64,000 nucleotides of DNA from Chrysomallon squamiferum (lineage: Eukaryota > Animalia > Mollusca). The position numbers and the translations under genes were made by a program. Below the pieces are notes generated by a model, which made no database searches, had not been told where the DNA came from, and worked only from the letters and a program-made list of their open reading frames with translations. The first letter of the stretch is position 1; every line of letters begins with the position of its first letter. Positions 58,611 through 64,000 of the stretch are shown piece after piece. The stretch covers positions 3,906,001-3,970,000 of the forward strand of contig CM022667.1 in assembly GCA_012295275.1 (NCBI GenBank), written 5' to 3'.

Positions 58611-59037
58611 ATGGTTTGACTAGTCACTATACGTGTTTTTTTCTGTAAATAAACGTAATTTCGAAACTATTATGAAGTGAAAGGCTCTTGAGCTAAAAGA
58701 CGGTGGAAGGATGAAGCAGACGAGAACTGGAAAGGAATCACCCGGAGTCGACTACAGCAAGACCAGGAGTTGTAGAAACAACGTGCTGAGGACTTCACCC
58801 AGCAGCTACACATTTCAGCTGTACAGTGATGAAGTTCGATTTCCAGCGTGTGTACGGATGTGCATGCATGCCTGGATATGTACAAGTATGAACATTATGT
58901 GTGTTGGGATATATTTGTACAAATAACTGCTGCTTAGGAATATAGACAAATGCATCTAATTGATTAAACGTATATCTCTTACCATATTCCCGGTTCCAAA
59001 CGTTCATTAATCGCTTCTGGTTCTAGAAAGACATTTC
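46986..59037 (-). CDS. ESRP: Epithelial splicing regulatory protein (ESRP1/2, fusilli ortholog), 5'-partial, four RRMs
   Basis: Exons 58983-59037, 57065-57175, 56673-56848, 56346-56440, 55103-55318, 51028-51282, 50108-50339, 48119-48390, 46986-47147, phases consistent. Diagnostic ESRP peptides: [48 protein letters not shown]...[17 protein letters not shown]; [12 protein letters not shown]...[14 protein letters not shown]...[19 protein letters not shown]; DCIRLRNIP...[20 protein letters not shown]; YPSPPVSP; final exon ...GDALITF...RFIELFMAS*. Upstream DnaQ-like exons not found in the window. Confidence 0.93.
55698..55756 (-). other. Candidate 59-nt poison (stop-containing) cassette exon of ESRP
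   Basis: Acceptor tctgttctgactttcag| and consensus donor CAG|GTAAGT; in frame reads QHCYIRIMV*; downstream intron is UGG/GGU-rich. Confidence 0.55.
58671..58832 (+). mobile_element. Degenerate 3' end of an RTE-clade non-LTR retrotransposon, antisense within an ESRP intron
   Basis: One frame reads [50 protein letters not shown], resembling the RTE ORF C-terminal pattern GRP..RW.D......W...AQDR..W....AF; recognised from memory, not by search. Confidence 0.55.
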
Positions 59038-59045
59038 CTGAAAAA

Positions 59046-59084
<39 letters not shown>

Positions 59085-59471
59085 ATAGTTAAATAAGATT
59101 AAACTTATTTACGTAACTTTTGTCACAAACATACATACATGCATGTTACGATTTGTCACATTAACAAAAAAACACACAAACATACATATAAGAATATAGA
59201 TTATAAATGAAACTATATAGCGTTACATACATCCATCCATCCATACATACACACACACACAACAAGACACAGACAAAAACAAACAAACAAAAAATCGCGC
59301 TAACGCGAAGTTTGCATGAAACAAACAGTATGCACGCATGTCGGACTTAGGTTCGCACGTACAAATACACACACGTACATCAACCACTGATCCACAAGCA
59401 ATGGAACTCAGTTGATTTTTGTTTATTATTGTTACAAAGGTAGCTACTGTTAATTATTTCACTGTATTATC

Positions 59472-59588
<117 letters not shown>

Positions 59589-59943
59589 AGGTGATGACAT
59601 ATTTTGTCACAAACAGATACAATCACCAAGCGCTTAACTGTTCAGGCTGTAATCTGATTTGAAACGGTTGTCAAAAATATCTACGATCCTGACAACAGTG
59701 GTAATGAATAGCTCTACCCACAATGCAACTGTGACAACCGCCCCCCCTACGTCGATTATTCAAATTCAGACACGTCATACGTTGTTCATTGATTAAACTT
59801 GTCACAGCTCCGAGGGACCGACTCAAAAATAAACAAATGAATAAACAGATAAATAAAACAGATACGGTAAATGAATTAGTTAATTAGTAAACAATAAATA
59901 ATAATAATAAAACACAAAGTTATAATCACTATCGTCATCGTTT

Positions 59944-60040
<97 letters not shown>
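59944..60040. repeat. Compound (ATC)n(ATT)n microsatellite
   Basis: Direct inspection. Confidence 0.95.
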
Positions 60041-60041
<1 letters not shown>

Positions 60042-63000
60042 GGTGGAATCAATAACTGGACAACGGAGAAAGTTTCAGCTGTCAGGAATTCAAAATGTCT
60101 GTATTTAATCCTAAACTTTGATTACACTTAGCAAGTTTACCTGAAAAATCACGGTATACCATTTCTATTTCTGTCTAATGCTAATACCACACTGCTCGAA
60201 AATGTATATGCAGTTAACGACATGCAGTTAATTTATTATTGAAATAAAATAAAATGAAATAACATAAAGATCTCTTTAATAACGTATCTAAACATATGAA
60301 TATGTGCCTGCACCCCTAGAGCACCAAAACAATTGTAGTTATTCCCCTTGGTTGAATCTTGTCAAAACTTGATAAACAACTAATTACACAGTTCATATTG
60401 CATTTTGTTTTCAAAGACAGCTCATTAAACTGGATACAATATGTTAACTGTTGCGATTCAGTTTATTCTTGGTTTTCTTTTAGCAGTTACAGAAACACTA
60501 CACCGATTCGAAGTTGTTTGTTTTGTTGTTGTAGTTCTACGGTAAATCCGTCCATTCAAGCGCATCAAGACACGTTTGAAGATGAATCTAAATACTTACC
60601 TCACGTTTCCAAAACCTGCGGCCGTTTGATATATATATATATATATATATATACATACAGTAACTTGATTGAGAACACGAGAACACACAGTTATAGCTTA
60701 TGTTCATGCTAGTAACTGTACCAAGCAGTTCGTACAAATAACTTCTTTCAGTTTATGAATAATTCTTGTTTTCTTGTCTATAACTAGCTAGTATATCGTC
60801 ATTTTTTTTTATAAGTAAACCTTTAATAAACATTATTATGTGACGAATACATGAAAGAAGGTGTAGGGATTTGTCACTGCAGATTTTACAATTATTAAAG
60901 CCTTATATTACTTTTATTTATATTTTCATTTTCTTCAGAAACCGCATCTTTTATTACATTCACTTATACAGATACACATTTTTACATTATTATATTCACG
61001 TTATCATTCTCACCTTACACGATATTTAATTATTTGAAATTACAACTGTTACGTACATTACCAAACAACATTTTAATCATCGTGTTTGTAATTTTAATCA
61101 AATTATGCTTTATCCATCGTATCACAAAGAAACCCTTATTTTATGTTATTCTTGATATTCGACAGCATTTAACCAGATATTCTTTTTTTTTTAACATTCA
61201 CAGCAGCCATTAGTGTAAACAAAGTATTATTGCGGCAAAGACTTGACTCTAAAGAACACAAAGAAAAAAGATCTACCCGAAACATTTTAGTGATTTTTGC
61301 CTACAGCAAATTGGCTAAGAAAAAAAAAAAAAAAAAAAAAAAAGAATAAAAATGTTTTGACTTTGTTTCATTGTTGTCCAGCGTCACTAACAAAAATATA
61401 ACCAGTCAACCGATGATAATTGACTTTATTAAACAGAAGTAAGTAAATAAATACGTACAGAAGAACCATACATACAAAAACCAGACAGACAAGTGCACAC
61501 CGTATACGTGTATCTGTGTTTGTGTATACGTGTTTCTGTGTCTGGGTGTACGGTGTCTGAATGTATGTGTGTATGTATGTGTAATTTATTTCCTAATGTT
61601 CAAAATATAAAAAAACGCGGTGAAATGAATCGAAGCGCATCAACAGATATCTTTGAAGTGGATTTTCCGGGATTATTGTAGCGACTACGTCATGTTTTTT
61701 AGAGCGTGACCAGTCACGGTGTCGAAGTGCTAAGGTGAGTGACACCCTCACCCCAGCAGGGCGGAACTCAGCAATAAGAAAAGGTGATGAGATGTGTGGG
61801 TGAATGAAGACAGAATTAGAGCCAACACCTTCCCAGCTCCCTGCAGTCTACGACAGCATCCACTTCGTGTTCTCTGTTCACTGTAACACTAACAGTGCTC
61901 GCCCCTTTGTAACCTGAGTGGTATTTCACGCGCGGTGGTGAGAACTTCAAACCGCTAAATCGCTAAACCGCCAATTCTAATCTGACGTCATTGTAAAAAT
62001 CATTATCTTAATGAAAAAAAGGGATCTCATTTTATACTGAGAGTTATCGCATATATCAAATATAACATTTTCCCCACTGTCATTTAAAAAAAAACTAAAA
62101 AAAAAAAAAATATTTATATATATATATATAATATTTATTATCTTCAAAATAAATTATGTCATTTCATCTTGAAAGTGTACCGCGTCAAGAATAATAGTGC
62201 TCCTTTTATCTTTTTTGGAAACAATAATTAAAAAAAAAAAAAAAAAAATAATAATAATAATAATAAAAACAAGGGTGGAGCTATGAAGTATAGATCTGAC
62301 CCTAATGGATGTTTCCGCCCCTGACTACATCACACAGTCACTGAACCATTACCATTTGCTTGATTTTTCTGATTTCGCTTGAGGCGACTTTGCGGTACTT
62401 TTAAGTAACGTACTGGCCCCGGGCTCGGTTAACTCTTGTATTTATTATTTACTTTCTTCGCCTCAAAGTGTTCTCGCATAAACACATCAATTTTGATGAA
62501 TAACAAAAAAAAAAAAAAAACTATATAAAAAAACCTTCCCCCAAACACGTGTTCAAACGAGAAGACACATATTTCAAACTGCTAAAGATTTTATACATAC
62601 ATACATACATACATATATATCTGTGTGTGTGTTCGTCCCGCTCTGATTGCAATGTGTATATCATCCCTGTCCCTTTTTTTTCTTTTCTTTTTCTTAATTA
62701 ATATATATTCTTGTTCTTGATGCATGTATACATATATGCAAAGGTTACGAATACGAAGTGTACAGAAAGAAAGAAAACAAAATGTCTCGTGTTGAAACTG
62801 ACAAGAAATGAAGCAGATTACTTTCACCAAAGACTGCCATTAAATAATAATGATTTGGGTAAGGATTCTGGTTTATTTTATTTTATTTTATTTTATTCAA
62901 ATAAATAAATTACAAACCTGGATTTAGGCTATTTATTTGCAACGTCATCCTCTTCACTAAAATAAATATTGTCACCGAGGCTTTCTCATTTCAGTGGAAG

Positions 63001-63678
63001 TATACGCGCATTTTATTTATTTTCAACAGAACTGTATTTGCATAGTATTATTTACTTAATTATTCAATGAATATTCATAACGTTAACACGATACTGGTCA
63101 GACTATTTTACAGTTTTACAGACATGAATATTCATAAATTTATGCGTAACTTAAGACACGGAGGGATTTCGTTTTCTGATGTCATACAAAAGTGAGCGCA
63201 CACACGCACAGAGAGAGATCTGCGCGTGCATGCTTAGACGTACACGCATCCAGACACGCAACATACAAAGATAAACACACACATATCAAAATGATACAGA
63301 AAACTCACACATTTCAGACGCAGATATATAAGCAAGAGCAATACAACTGAACAGTTATTGTATTAAATTTTACACGTGAGTGATGATATAACGCGCACAG
63401 CAGGACAACGAATGACTCTACACAGTTAGGCTTACAAAGATACACACGGTATATATATATATATATATTTGTTTGTAAAGATCCCTTGTACAGACACGTT
63501 CTAACAGACAGGACAACCGCGAACCACAGACTGACTAGAAGACCCATAATCCCTCTGCGGAACGTCTGAAAGTACAGCCCGGCTGTTTGTTTGTTTGTTT
63601 GTTTGTTTTTCTTTGCTTCATGGTACGATCGAAAAGACAGTTTTAATAATGAAAAATAAAATTGTAATAATAATAATA

Positions 63679-63743
<65 letters not shown>

Positions 63744-64000
63744 TAAAAATAAAATAAATAAATAAAAGTCCAAGAACACGAACATATTACTTGATCGACA
63801 AACAGCCCAGTAAAGCCACTGGTAAGGGACGAACCTGTATCGACGGAATATCAAATGAATTCTTGGACAACGTTGTGCAGACTTGAAAAAAGCAAGAGTC
63901 TGATTTGCAGACGAAGTTTACATTACTGACACAGGAGAGTTAGCCGTGAGCTGAGTTTGTTTTGTCGGTGAATCGAAACAAATATTTGATCTAACAAATC

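Noticed and set aside
60600-62948. Candidate upstream ESRP exons: donor GAG|GTAAGT at 60600; MTLQINSLNPG (62918-62948) with phase-compatible donor
   Set aside because: No similarity to the expected DnaQ-like exons and no transcript evidence; the 5' part probably lies beyond the window.

Overview
Strongly AT-rich, microsatellite-laden, intron-rich animal (probably lophotrochozoan invertebrate) genomic DNA. All gene models were spliced by hand. Three loci are present. (1) ZC3H3, minus strand, 11 coding exons, 2042-10188, with an apparent 1-nt insertion just before the CCCH fingers. (2) Head-to-head with it, a plus-strand tandem array of four 9-exon UBE2Q-family ubiquitin-conjugating (E2) genes, 10948-37417. 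The two outer copies keep the catalytic Cys (GGSIC). The two inner copies are chimeras (exon 1 of copy-4 type, body of copy-1 type) with the Cys replaced by Phe (GGSIF), and their exons have diverged much faster than the flanking introns: candidate newly evolved pseudo-E2/UEV-like proteins. Part of copy 3 looks like a mis-assembled consensus. (3) ESRP/fusilli splicing regulator, minus strand, 46986-59037, 5' end not found, with four RRMs and a candidate autoregulatory poison exon followed by UGG-rich ESRP-type motifs. Most ORF-track entries are microsatellite or antisense noise.
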